From Thermoplasmata archaeon (GTDB lineage: Archaea > Thermoplasmatota > Thermoplasmata > Lutacidiplasmatales > UBA184): a stretch of DNA of 64,000 nt. How positions within the stretch are numbered: the first letter of the stretch is position 1; every line of letters begins with the position of its first letter. Shown in pieces: positions 9,038-18,799 of the stretch. The stretch covers positions 4,171-68,170 of the forward strand of contig JASHOK010000055.1 of NCBI GenBank assembly GCA_030041175.1, in the 5' to 3' direction. The notes under the pieces are model-generated. The model had not been told where the DNA came from, did no database searches, and saw only the letters and a program-made list of their open reading frames with translations. The translations under genes and the position numbers were made by a program.

Positions 9038-10956
9038 GGCTGGAAGCCCACGCTCCGCCACAGCCGAGCGCACTCGTAGAGCCGACCCGCCATCAGCACC
9101 TGCTCCACGTTCCGAAGGTCTCGGATGCGGACGAGGGGATTTCCCCGTACGACGATCAGCTCCGCGCGCTTACCGGGCTCGATCGTCCCCACCTCCGCCC
9201 CCATCCCCATGACGCGGGCCGGCACCGCGGAGGCCGCTCGGATCGCCTCCAGGGGCGTCATCCCGGCCTCCACATAGAGCTCGACCTCCCGGTGCAAGCT
9301 GTGGCCCGGCACCGCCTGGTCGGTGCCCGCGACCAGCACAATGCCCGCCGTATGGAGCTGGGTGAGGAGGCCGAGCTGCCGTCGGAAAGCCTCGCCCAAC
9401 TGCTCGGTCTCTACCGTGGCCGGGCCGGGGTTCAGGAACAGGGCCCGCAGCGGCGTCGGTACTTTGGGTACCCCGGGCTCCCACTCCTCGGGGGGATGAG
9501 ACGTCGACATGGTGTACAGCTCCTGCAGTGCCATCGTCGGGTCCACGACCGTTCCGTGGCTTCGCAGAAACTCGATGGCCTCGCGAGCGGCACCGGAGTG
9601 GCAGTCGAGTCGGGCCATGGCGGCGATGCGCTCCGACCGCGGAGCGTCGGGTGCGAGCGGAGGCAGCATCATCGACGCGACGAACCCGATGTGATTGATC
9701 TGGTCCTGACCGGCCTCCACCGCCTCGCGGGTGGTGACCGATGCCGGAACGTGTCCGGTTACCGTGAGCCCTCGGCGGTGGGCCTCGCGGATGACGGCCT
9801 GGAGCGCAGCTTTCGACAAGGAGCTGTACACTTTGATTTGCTGAAACCCGGCCGCAGCGTAGCGTTCGACCCAGTCGGCGGCCTGCTCATCGGTATCAAC
9901 CCGAGCGACGCCGACCGCAGCGGGACCGGACCCGTCCACGACTCCGGCCGCCAGAATCCGGGGTCCGATGCCATGTCCGGTAGCCAGGGCATCTCGGACC
10001 GCCGTGATGAATTCCAGTTCGTTCCCGCAGTCGCGGACCGTCGTGACGCCGGCCGCCAGGTAGATCGGTCCCCACTCGACCTGCTGGAAGTGGGCGTGCA
10101 TGTCCCAGAGACCGGGGAGCAGCGTGCGGCCCGTGGCATCCATCACCGTGGCGCCGGGAGGGACTGCGACCGACGAACCTGGTCCGGCCGCAACGATCCG
10201 CTCTCCGGACACGAGCACCGTGGCCCCGGAGACCGGCGGCGCGCCAGTGCCGTCGATCAGGGTGGCGTTCTCGAACGCGAGTACCCCGGCCGCCCGGGCC
10301 GAGACGCTGTCTCGCGTCTCCCCGAGGGACTGCATTCCATCGGCTCCCGCTAGCCGGATGAAACTCCGGAGGCCGGACTCGTACCCGGCCCGGACGGCCT
10401 CAAAGTGATCGAGCTCGGCGTCGAGGGTGACCACGGCCACCAGGTCGCGGCGGCTGTCGAACCAGAGAGTTTCCCGACCCCAGATGAGGCCCTCGACCGA
10501 GATCCGGTCGAGGGTTTCGGTTCGATCCCCCACCTCGAGGCGGTCCTGCCCTCGGGCCACGATGCGTACGCGGCCCACGGGATAGGTCGGAATCTCAGCG
10601 GGAGAACCCTGCGAGAGCCAGTACCGGACGAGGAGCATCTGCTGGGCCATCGGCGCATAGCCAACGGTCGGGAAGTATCGCCCGGGTCTAGGCACGCTCG
10701 TCGGGCGGTCCCGGTCACGCAGCTCGAGCGTGCCGTCCGTCGCCGCCACGCGTACGTGGACTTCCACCGATCGGGCCATCTTGCCGTCCGCCTCGAAGTG
10801 GAGGGGCCGCAGCGACGAGTCGGCGGTGAATGTGGCCACCAGGGCGACCTCCTGGCCCCGGTCCCGGAACCGGAAGTCCATGCGAGCGCAGAGCTCCCCG
10901 GCCGAGCGGCGAATCTCGTAGGTCTCCTCCCCGACGGCCTGCTGGAACTTGTGCAA
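9034..10956 (-). CDS. Amidohydrolase family protein with N-terminal beta domain; probable true start 11067 blocked by an in-frame TAG
   Basis: PGLWDMHAH, GVTTVRDCG, IKVY, GHV, AGTD, GTIEPGKRA. Confidence 0.85.
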   Translation of the reverse strand: MHKFQQAVGEETYEIRRSAGELCARMDFRFRDRGQEVALVATFTADSSLRPLHFEADGKMARSVEVHVRVAATDGTLELRDRDRPTSVPRPGRYFPTVGYAPMAQQMLLVRYWLSQGSPAEIPTYPVGRVRIVARGQDRLEVGDRTETLDRISVEGLIWGRETLWFDSRRDLVAVVTLDAELDHFEAVRAGYESGLRSFIRLAGADGMQSLGETRDSVSARAAGVLAFENATLIDGTGAPPVSGATVLVSGERIVAAGPGSSVAVPPGATVMDATGRTLLPGLWDMHAHFQQVEWGPIYLAAGVTTVRDCGNELEFITAVRDALATGHGIGPRILAAGVVDGSGPAAVGVARVDTDEQAADWVERYAAAGFQQIKVYSSLSKAALQAVIREAHRRGLTVTGHVPASVTTREAVEAGQDQINHIGFVASMMLPPLAPDAPRSERIAAMARLDCHSGAAREAIEFLRSHGTVVDPTMALQELYTMSTSHPPEEWEPGVPKVPTPLRALFLNPGPATVETEQLGEAFRRQLGLLTQLHTAGIVLVAGTDQAVPGHSLHREVELYVEAGMTPLEAIRAASAVPARVMGMGAEVGTIEPGKRAELIVVRGNPLVRIRDLRNVEQVLMAGRLYECARLWRSVGFQP

Positions 10957-11070
10957 CCGGAACTGCCCGGTCTCGGAGTCGCCGGTCCGGGGCGGGGCCG
11001 CCGTCGCGTCCGCCCCCTAGTGCGGCGAGGGGCGAGTCACGGTCCTCGCCTGCTCGACCGGATCCATGGG

Positions 11071-11841
11071 CTACCGTATCGCGACGAGGACCCGATCTTC
11101 GAGGACCTGCCAGACCGTCATCGTGGTCCGGAAACCGGCTCGGCGGAGCGCCGCTACCTGCCCGGGAAGCGGGAGGGCCTTCACGCGCGGGTGCTGCGCG
11201 TGCCGCCGTTCGTGTTCCGCGAAGCTCTCCGCCAACGGCGGCGCACGAGCCGCTTCCTTCCACCAACGCGTCCAGGGCTCGCGTCCCTTCTCCCGAGGCC
11301 GGCCGTGTCGATGGACTCGGTAGATCCGGCGGACCAAGCGCTGGATCTCGGCGTCCCGTGGGCTCTCGGGCAGATGGTCCCCGTTCACGAAAACCCCGCC
11401 CGGGCGAAGGACTCGGGCCAGGTCCCGGTAGGTTTGCCGGAGGGTGGTTGGGGGGAGCCAATGGAGTGCGGTCGTGCTGACCGCTGCGTCGAACCGCCGG
11501 TACGGCAGCCGGTCGGTCCATCCGGGCGCACCGATCTTCGTGTCGAGCCACTGCAGCCGACCGTGGTAGCTTCCGAGCGCCCCTCGGCCGATCCGCAGGA
11601 CCACGGGGTCATAGTCGACCGCGACGCACCGGGCCCGGGGAAAGCGGCGCAGGACCCGGAGGCTGAGAGGTCCGGGCCCGGAGCCGAGGTCAAGTACCCG
11701 GGGAGCGGACCCGACCGCGGCTTCCAAGACATCCATCATGAGATGGAACCGGCGTTCGCGGGCGGGGACGACGGCCTCCTGCTGAGCATCCCACCGCCCC
11801 AGCCACCGGTTCCAGTAGGCGCGAGTCGGAGCTCGAGGCAT
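11071..11841 (-). CDS. Class I SAM-dependent methyltransferase
   Basis: VLDLGSGPG, FDAAVSTTALHW, LRPGGVF; start ATG 11841. Confidence 0.9.
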   Translation of the reverse strand: MPRAPTRAYWNRWLGRWDAQQEAVVPARERRFHLMMDVLEAAVGSAPRVLDLGSGPGPLSLRVLRRFPRARCVAVDYDPVVLRIGRGALGSYHGRLQWLDTKIGAPGWTDRLPYRRFDAAVSTTALHWLPPTTLRQTYRDLARVLRPGGVFVNGDHLPESPRDAEIQRLVRRIYRVHRHGRPREKGREPWTRWWKEAARAPPLAESFAEHERRHAQHPRVKALPLPGQVAALRRAGFRTTMTVWQVLEDRVLVAIR

Positions 11842-11894
11842 GGGCGGTCCAACCCCTGGTCCCAAATGAAACCGGCCTGCCGGCGCACGGGCCT

Positions 11895-12317
11895 TCAGCG
11901 GCGCACGCGCTCGGCCAGTCGGACCAGGTCGTCTCGAGCTGGCGTGCTGGCCTTGGTCTCCCACCACTCGGTCAACCGCAGGCCATCGTCCTGGACCCGA
12001 GGGATGACATGCAGATGGAGGTGGAAGACGCTCTGCTCCGACCCGGGCCCACTCGCGACGAGGAGGTTCTCTCCGGTCGTTCCCAGGGCTTGGCGGAGGC
12101 GCCGCTGCACCTCGGTAGTGAGCTCGCACACCGCCCGCCAATCTTCCGGGGCAATCGAAGCGAGATCGAGCGTATGCGCCTTCGGAATCACGAGCGCGTG
12201 ACCGGGCCGCAGCGGACGAATATCCAGGAAGGCGAAGGCCCGTTCGGTCTCGGCAATCCAGTACGGGACCATCGACCGGTCGTGAATGAGTCGACAGAAG
12301 ATGCAGTCCTCGGGCAC
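11895..12317 (-). CDS. HIT family nucleotide hydrolase
   Basis: CIFC, FLDIRP..PGHALVIPK, QSVFHLHLHVIPR. Confidence 0.93.
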   Translation of the reverse strand: MPEDCIFCRLIHDRSMVPYWIAETERAFAFLDIRPLRPGHALVIPKAHTLDLASIAPEDWRAVCELTTEVQRRLRQALGTTGENLLVASGPGSEQSVFHLHLHVIPRVQDDGLRLTEWWETKASTPARDDLVRLAERVRR

Positions 12318-12370
12318 AGCCTCCCGAGAGTGCCCTGAGGGAAAACCCCTCCGGAGCGGCCGGCTCGCCC

Positions 12371-15133
12371 TTACCGCCGGGCCGGCGGGGCACGCTCGCC
12401 GACCTTTCGGAGGACGAACGGCAAGATGCCGCCCGAGCGGTAGTACTCCATCTCGGGCTCGGAGTCGATGCGGATCCGGGCCCGGAAGCGTCGCTCCGTA
12501 CCCCCCTCGTCGGTCGCGACGACCTCGAGTTCCCCGTGGGGCCCGAAAGCTCCCCCCTCGGGGACTCGGAGGGCAAAGGTCTCACGACCGGTGAGCCCGA
12601 GGGAATTCACGCTCTCCCCGGGCCGGAATTCCAGCGGCAGAACGCCCATCCCGACGAGGTTGCTCCGGTGGATCCGCTCGTAACTTTGGGCGATCACGGC
12701 CCGAACTCCGAGCAGCCGGGGGCCCTTGGCCGCCCAGTCCCGCGAACTGCCCTGTCCGTAATTCGCTCCCGCGAGCACGAGTAAGGGAACTCCTTCCGTC
12801 CGGTACCGCTCAGCGGCCCCGAACACCGTCAGCAGGTCATTGGAGGGCAGGTGCCGGGTCCACCCGCCTTCCTGGGGCGCGACCAGGGCGTTCTTGATGC
12901 GGACATTCGCAAAGGTCCCGCGGATCATGACCTCGTGGTTGCCTCGACGCGTGCCAAAGGTGTTGAAGTCGGCCGGCGCCACGCCGTGCGACTGAAGGTA
13001 CTGTCCCGCAGGGCCGTCCGCCGGAATCTCGCCCGCCGGCGAGATGTGGTCCGTGGACACCCGATCCCCGAGCACCACGAGCGCTCGCGCCCCATCCAGG
13101 ACCCGGGACTGGGTGGGCAACGCCGGGGGCGAGAGATCGAAGTAGGGCGGCTCGCGGAGGTAGGTCGAGTCCGGGTCCCAGCGATACACGGGTCCTTGCA
13201 GATCCGGGAGCTGCTCCCAGTGCGGGTCCCCGATGGTGATCTTCCGGTACTCGTCCACGTACATGCCGGCGGTCAAACTCTTCTCGACCATGGCGCGGAC
13301 CTCTTCGGGTCGGGGCCACAGATCCCGAAGGTAGACCGGGTGACCCTCGGCATCGCGGCCGAGCGCCTCGCGCGTGAGGTCGATATCCATCCGCCCCGCG
13401 AGCGCGTAGGCGACGACGAGCATCGGGGACATCAGATAATTGGCCCGGACCAGGTTGTGGATCCGAGCCTCAAAGTTCCGGTTCCCGCTCAGGACGGCGG
13501 CGACGTAGAGATCGCCGTCCTTGACCGCGGATTCGACGGCCGGCGGGAGCGGCCCGGCGTTGCCGATGCACGTGGTACATCCGTAGCCCACCAGGTTGAA
13601 TCCTAGCGCGTTCAACGAGGGCGTGAGACCGGCACGATCGAGGTAGTCCGTGACGACCTTGGACCCCGGCGCGAGCGAAGTTTTCACGTACGAAGGCGGA
13701 TGCAGGCCCTTGGCCTGGGCCTTCTGCGCCAGCAGCCCGGCACCGATCATCACCGACGGATTCGATGTGTTGGTGCAGCTGGTGATGGCCGCAATAACGA
13801 CAGTGCCGTCGTGGACTCGGCCATTCGCGGGCGCTACTCCGCCGCTTCCCGGCGCGCCGTCGGGCTGGAGAGGGTCATCGGCCGGATAGGCGGGACTGGC
13901 GGAAGCAGCCGCGGGGCGACTCGTTCGATAGGCTGCGAGAGCTGCACGGAAGGACGTCGGAGCTTGGGAGAGCGGCACGCTTTCGTCCGGGTTTCGGGGC
14001 CCCGAAACGGTTGGCACGATGCTCGACAGGTCGAGCAGGAGTTCTTCGTCAAACTCGAGCGACTCCGACTCGGGGTCACTCCAGAGGCCCTGGCGCTTGG
14101 CATACGCCTCCACGCGAGCGAGGACCGGCTCGGGCCGTCCGGTCCCGCGGAGATACGATAGCGTCGCCTCGTCGACGGGGAACAATGCCGAGGTTGCGCC
14201 GTACTCGGGACACATGTTGGAGATTGTCGCCCGATCGGGAACGGTCAGATGGCGAAGGCCGGGGCCGTAGAATTCCACGAACTTGTCGACCACGCCGTGC
14301 TCCCGCAGCTTGCGAGCGACCGTCAGCACCAGATCGGTCGCCGTGGAGCCGGCCGGGAGCTCTCCGGTCAGGCGCACGCCCACCACGGTAGGGGTGGACA
14401 GAAAGTAGGGCTCCCCGAGCATGGCCGCTTCGGCTTCGATACCCCCGACGCCCCAACCGAGGACACCGGCTCCGTTGACCATGGTCGTGTGGGAGTCGGT
14501 GCCGATCACCGTGTCCGGATACACGACGGCGCCGCCGTCGTGCTCGGCTCTCGTAACGACCGACGCGAGGTACTCCAGGTTGACCTGGTGCACGATGCCG
14601 TTACCAGGCGGAACGACTCGGAATTGCTCGAAGGCGGTACGCGCCCATCGGAGGAGAACGTAGCGTTCGGAGTTTCTTTGATACTCGTGATCAAGGTTGA
14701 TCAGCAGGGACCCCGGCTTCCCGTAACTGTCGACCTGTACCGAGTGGTCCACGACCAGATCGACCGGAATGTCCGGGTTGACCAGGGTCGGGTCCAGCTT
14801 CCCGCGGAGCGCAGCCGACCGGAGCGCCGTGAGGTCGACCAGCACCGGAACGCCCGTGAAATCCTGCAGGAGGATCCGTTCCGGCCGGAACGGGAACTCC
14901 CCCTTCCACTGCCGGTGCTCTCCGTGGGCCAGCGCCCGAAGCATCTCGGCCTCCTCCCGAGAACCGCTCGCGTGACGGAGGAGATTTTCGAGGAGGACTC
15001 GGATGGTCTTCGGGCGTCGCTGCAGTCGGGAACGATCGATACCGGGAATCTTGTCGATCGCGTAGAGAACGGAGGTTTCCCCACCCGCGGAGAAGGGTTC
15101 GGTAACGCCCCACGAATCTCCCTGATGCCTCAT
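12371..15133 (-). CDS. acnA: Aconitate hydratase A
   Basis: LQDFTGVP, DHSVQVD, GTDSHT, AITSCTNTSNP, GCTTCIGN, TDHISPAG, GSSRDWAAKG. Confidence 0.96.
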   Translation of the reverse strand: MRHQGDSWGVTEPFSAGGETSVLYAIDKIPGIDRSRLQRRPKTIRVLLENLLRHASGSREEAEMLRALAHGEHRQWKGEFPFRPERILLQDFTGVPVLVDLTALRSAALRGKLDPTLVNPDIPVDLVVDHSVQVDSYGKPGSLLINLDHEYQRNSERYVLLRWARTAFEQFRVVPPGNGIVHQVNLEYLASVVTRAEHDGGAVVYPDTVIGTDSHTTMVNGAGVLGWGVGGIEAEAAMLGEPYFLSTPTVVGVRLTGELPAGSTATDLVLTVARKLREHGVVDKFVEFYGPGLRHLTVPDRATISNMCPEYGATSALFPVDEATLSYLRGTGRPEPVLARVEAYAKRQGLWSDPESESLEFDEELLLDLSSIVPTVSGPRNPDESVPLSQAPTSFRAALAAYRTSRPAAASASPAYPADDPLQPDGAPGSGGVAPANGRVHDGTVVIAAITSCTNTSNPSVMIGAGLLAQKAQAKGLHPPSYVKTSLAPGSKVVTDYLDRAGLTPSLNALGFNLVGYGCTTCIGNAGPLPPAVESAVKDGDLYVAAVLSGNRNFEARIHNLVRANYLMSPMLVVAYALAGRMDIDLTREALGRDAEGHPVYLRDLWPRPEEVRAMVEKSLTAGMYVDEYRKITIGDPHWEQLPDLQGPVYRWDPDSTYLREPPYFDLSPPALPTQSRVLDGARALVVLGDRVSTDHISPAGEIPADGPAGQYLQSHGVAPADFNTFGTRRGNHEVMIRGTFANVRIKNALVAPQEGGWTRHLPSNDLLTVFGAAERYRTEGVPLLVLAGANYGQGSSRDWAAKGPRLLGVRAVIAQSYERIHRSNLVGMGVLPLEFRPGESVNSLGLTGRETFALRVPEGGAFGPHGELEVVATDEGGTERRFRARIRIDSEPEMEYYRSGGILPFVLRKVGERAPPARR

Positions 15134-15295
15134 TCCACGCCCTCCCGCTGCGAACGGATTCCCGGGCGAGTCCCGGGACTCTTATCCCTGTTGCCCGGGG
15201 GCACGGCGGTCTCGGTCGACCCTTCGTCCGAAGGCCCGGCCATCGCACGAGGGAGTAAGTTCCGATTCACTCCGGAGTTAAGCCGCGGCCCCTGG

Positions 15296-16846
15296 ATGGA
15301 AAGCGCACGAGCTTTCCGTATGCATAGTCTCCCCCGCATCGTGGGTGCCATCACGGACCCGGATCGCCCCCTCGGGGTGGCGTTGCTGGACCGTCGGGGC
15401 CGTCTTAGGTCGGCCAACCCTGCGATGCTGGAGCTACTTGGGGGTGGCCCGGGACTCCTGAGTAGCAGTTTGCTCGAGCTCGCCGCCTTTGCGGAGGCCG
15501 GCTTGGAGGGCCCGCTGGGGCTCGCCCTCCGCGAGGGCCGGGCCTCTGCAGTCCGGGCGGCCCGGTACCAACCCCGACCGGGGAAGGAACTCCTGCTCGA
15601 CGTGGAGTTCCAACCGGTACTCGGTCCGGACGGGGAACCCGATGTCGTGGTCCTGCTCTTTGCCGACGTGACCGCAGGACCTTACCAGGCGGGCCGGGCC
15701 GCGATGTTCTTCCAGGCGTTCCAGCATAGCACCAACGCCATCGAAATCACTGATCGGGATGGCGTGTACGTCGACGTGAACCCGGCGTTCGAGCGTATCT
15801 ACGGGTACACTCGGGCCGAAGTCGTCGGGCAACGTCCTCGGCTGATCTCCAGCCCGAAGACGCCCCGGAGCGTCTTCGTCGACATGTGGGCGGCGCTGCG
15901 GGATCCCAAGCGTGGCGTGTGGTCCGGCGAGATCACGAACGTCGACCGGAACGGACGGGAACATCCTGTCTTCCTGGACGTGAGTGCCCTCCGTGACTCG
16001 TCCGGACAGCCCGTCTACTACGTCGGGGTGGCGACCGACCTGACAGAGCTCAAGACCATTCAGCTGCAGAGCATCCGGGCGGAGCGACTGGCTTCGCTGG
16101 GACAGCTTGCTGCCGGCGTAGCCCACGAACTCAACACCCCGCTGGCGAACATCATGCTCATTGCCGAGTCCCTCCAACGCCGCGGTCGATCTCCCTGGGT
16201 CGCCTCTCGGGCCGAGGCGGTCATCGGGCAGGTGGATGTGGCTTCCCACGTTGTCTCGGGCCTACTCGATTTCGGCCGATACCACCCCGCAGTGACCGAA
16301 CCGGTAGAGCTGGAGCCGCTCGTCAAGGAGGCCATCTCCTTCGTCAAGGGAAAACGATCCCCCGACGTCGAGGTCGTGGTTACGTCGACGCTCGGCGGTC
16401 TCCAGGTCCCAGTGAACCGGGTTCAGATCCTTCAGGTGCTGGTGAATATTCTGAACAACGCGTACGATGCCATGAACGACCACGGGCAGATCCGGGTCGA
16501 GAGTCGTCTCGCCGGACGTGTGGTCGAAATTGCGGTCTCGGACAACGGTCCGGGGATTCCGGACGAAGTACTCCCGCACATTTTCGAGCCGTTCTTCACG
16601 ACCAAGAGCGACGGGAAGGGTACCGGCTTGGGCCTAGCGATCTGCCACGGGATCGTCACGAGCCACGGCGGGACCCTCGGCGTAGGCACCGCGCTAGGTA
16701 AGGGAACGACCTTTACGATCCGGCTGCCACTCCCAGCCCTCCCGGCCCTGAACTCCGAGGGTAGGAAAACTCCGGCCTCACAACCGACCAGCGTTAAGTC
16801 GCCGAGGACCTCACCCAGTCATGCGCATCCTCGTCGTGGACGATGA
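15296..16846 (+). CDS. Cytoplasmic PAS-PAS sensor histidine kinase
   Basis: Two PAS domains, H-box AHELNTPL, N-box NILNNAYDA, DNGPGI, FEPFFTTK, GTGLGL; start 15296 or 15320. Confidence 0.92.
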   Translation: MESARAFRMHSLPRIVGAITDPDRPLGVALLDRRGRLRSANPAMLELLGGGPGLLSSSLLELAAFAEAGLEGPLGLALREGRASAVRAARYQPRPGKELLLDVEFQPVLGPDGEPDVVVLLFADVTAGPYQAGRAAMFFQAFQHSTNAIEITDRDGVYVDVNPAFERIYGYTRAEVVGQRPRLISSPKTPRSVFVDMWAALRDPKRGVWSGEITNVDRNGREHPVFLDVSALRDSSGQPVYYVGVATDLTELKTIQLQSIRAERLASLGQLAAGVAHELNTPLANIMLIAESLQRRGRSPWVASRAEAVIGQVDVASHVVSGLLDFGRYHPAVTEPVELEPLVKEAISFVKGKRSPDVEVVVTSTLGGLQVPVNRVQILQVLVNILNNAYDAMNDHGQIRVESRLAGRVVEIAVSDNGPGIPDEVLPHIFEPFFTTKSDGKGTGLGLAICHGIVTSHGGTLGVGTALGKGTTFTIRLPLPALPALNSEGRKTPASQPTSVKSPRTSPSHAHPRRGR

Positions 16847-17912
16847 CCCCATCTTCCGCGAGGAATTGACCACCTTCCTCTCGGACCAGGGACACACCAC
16901 CTTCGAGGCGCCCTCGGTACGCCGGGCACTGGAGATCCTGGAGTCCGAGAGCGTAGATGTGCTCTTTTCGGACCTGAAGATGCCGCGGCAGAGCGGCCTG
17001 GACCTCCTCGGTGAAGTTCACCGACGGTGGCCGAGCATCTTCACCGTGATGGTCACCGGATTCGCCACAGTCCAGACCGCGGTCGAAGCGATGAAGGAGG
17101 GCGCCTTCGACTACATCGCCAAGCCGTTCCGAACGGCCCAGCTCGAGCAGGTCCTTCACCTCATCGAAGAACAGCGAGCCTTCCGCGACAGCCATCTGCC
17201 GACCGGGACCGCTGTCGAACTGGCCCGCGAGCTGGCGCGCCGAAACCATACGCGAATTCTGTACGCCGACGTGCCTCCGGCCCCGAAGGGAGAGGCCCTC
17301 GAGTTCCTGGCCTTCGACGGGCGTTCTCCCTCGGAGCTCCCCCATGCGCTAGAGACCTTTCTGCAGCAGAACCCGACGGGGGGCCTCGTCGTTGCGCAAG
17401 CCGACCGGATGGTGGCGGGTCACCGGCTCGAGGATATCGTCGCAGTCCTCGAGAACCTCCGCCAGCGCCTCGAGGGTAAGGGGCCGTTGGCGATCAGCAT
17501 CGATCCGACCCGGCTATCCAAAGGCCAGGCCGAGGCGCTCCGGACCGCGGTCACCGCCCCCGCGGTGCAGACGGCGCTGGAAGCGCTGTCGAGTCCGATT
17601 CGGCGACGGGTGCTCTTCCGGCTGACCAAGGGACCGGCCAGCTTCAGCGAGGCGATGCACGCGGCCGAGCTGGACGACTCCCCGAAGCTGGCCTTTCATC
17701 TACACCGGCTCGTCGACGAGGGGCTGATCGCCCACCTGGGAGAGCAGTACCGTCTCACACCCAAGGGCCAGAGCGCCGTGACCGTACTCCGAGAGATGGA
17801 GGACATTGCCGCCGGCAAGGGCTCGAAGACGGTCGTCTATCAGACCCCGCCGACGGCCGCGCCGGTAAGTGGGACCCCTGCTGCGGCCGCAGTTCGAAAG
17901 AAGCGGCGGTGA
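16821..17912 (+). CDS. Response regulator: REC + DUF835-like + ArsR-like wHTH
   Basis: ILVVDDD, SDLKMP, TG, KPF receiver; C-terminal ALSSPIRRRVL...LAFHLHRLVDEGLI...YRLTPKG. Confidence 0.88.
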   Translation: MRILVVDDDPIFREELTTFLSDQGHTTFEAPSVRRALEILESESVDVLFSDLKMPRQSGLDLLGEVHRRWPSIFTVMVTGFATVQTAVEAMKEGAFDYIAKPFRTAQLEQVLHLIEEQRAFRDSHLPTGTAVELARELARRNHTRILYADVPPAPKGEALEFLAFDGRSPSELPHALETFLQQNPTGGLVVAQADRMVAGHRLEDIVAVLENLRQRLEGKGPLAISIDPTRLSKGQAEALRTAVTAPAVQTALEALSSPIRRRVLFRLTKGPASFSEAMHAAELDDSPKLAFHLHRLVDEGLIAHLGEQYRLTPKGQSAVTVLREMEDIAAGKGSKTVVYQTPPTAAPVSGTPAAAAVRKKRR

Positions 17913-18025
17913 ACCCGGTCGTCGGCACGAGCGGGACGTCCGGGGGTACTCGCGGGCACGTCAGCCCGGCTTGACTGGGTTTCCTAATACCGGTCCATCG
18001 GATGGGAGCGGCGAGGCGGACACCG

Positions 18026-18631
18026 ATGGTGGAACTGGTTCGCAAGCGCCAGGTCGAGCAAGGGTGGCTCGTCCAGCACTCGGAGGGACTGAAGACCGCA
18101 TTCCGAGTGATCTTCGGCGGCGTCTGGCTCATCGATGGGGCCCTGAAGTTTGCCCCGGGGCTCGTCGCGCAATTTCCGGCCATGGTCGCCCAGGCTGGAC
18201 AGGGCCAACCCGCCTGGTTGCATCCCTGGTTCAGTTTCTGGGCCAGTCAAGCCGCCGCGGCTCCGGCGTTCTGGGTCTACGCCACCGGAACGTTGGAACT
18301 GGCCCTCGCCTTCTGCCTGATCTTTGGCTTCCTCCGGAAGGTCGCGTACGCCGGTGGAATTGTGCTGAGTCTGCTCATCTGGGCGGTCCCGGAGGGCTTC
18401 GGTGGGCCGTACGGCCCGGGGGCCACCGACATTGGAACCGGCATCGTCTATGCGATCATGTTCCTCGCGCTGATCACGCTGAACGCGGGATACGGGCCCA
18501 GCCGCTGGAGCCTCGACTACTACATCGAGGAACGGTGGCCTCGGTGGGGCGCTTACGCCGAGTTCCAGAAGCTTGTCCCGCCGGAAGACCTGGACTCGAT
18601 CCCCGTCGAGCGGGCGGGATCGGGCGCCTAG
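18026..18631 (+). CDS. DoxX/DoxD-like membrane protein
   Basis: RVIFGGVWLIDGALKF, ELALAFCLIFG, G.SRWSLDY; 4 TM; alternative start 18002. Confidence 0.75.
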   Translation: MVELVRKRQVEQGWLVQHSEGLKTAFRVIFGGVWLIDGALKFAPGLVAQFPAMVAQAGQGQPAWLHPWFSFWASQAAAAPAFWVYATGTLELALAFCLIFGFLRKVAYAGGIVLSLLIWAVPEGFGGPYGPGATDIGTGIVYAIMFLALITLNAGYGPSRWSLDYYIEERWPRWGAYAEFQKLVPPEDLDSIPVERAGSGA

Positions 18632-18799
18632 CGACTCCCACACGCTGCGTCAAGCCGACTTGAGATGGGATATTTCCCCGCGCCACGGCATTCCCTGTCG
18701 TCGGGTCGTTGGTGGTATCGCTGTCGCAGCCAGCGGTGCTTCTAAGGGCCCGGCACCGAGGGTCGGGTCGCTACAGACGGAATGAGTCCGCCCTGACAG

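Noticed and set aside
8090-12317. Integrated island at tRNA-Val
   Set aside because: No integrase, no duplicated tRNA 3' end seen and no evident compositional shift
18632-18799. 168-nt gap between convergent genes as a possible ncRNA
   Set aside because: Only short hairpins; no recognisable C/D boxes, promoter or known RNA motif
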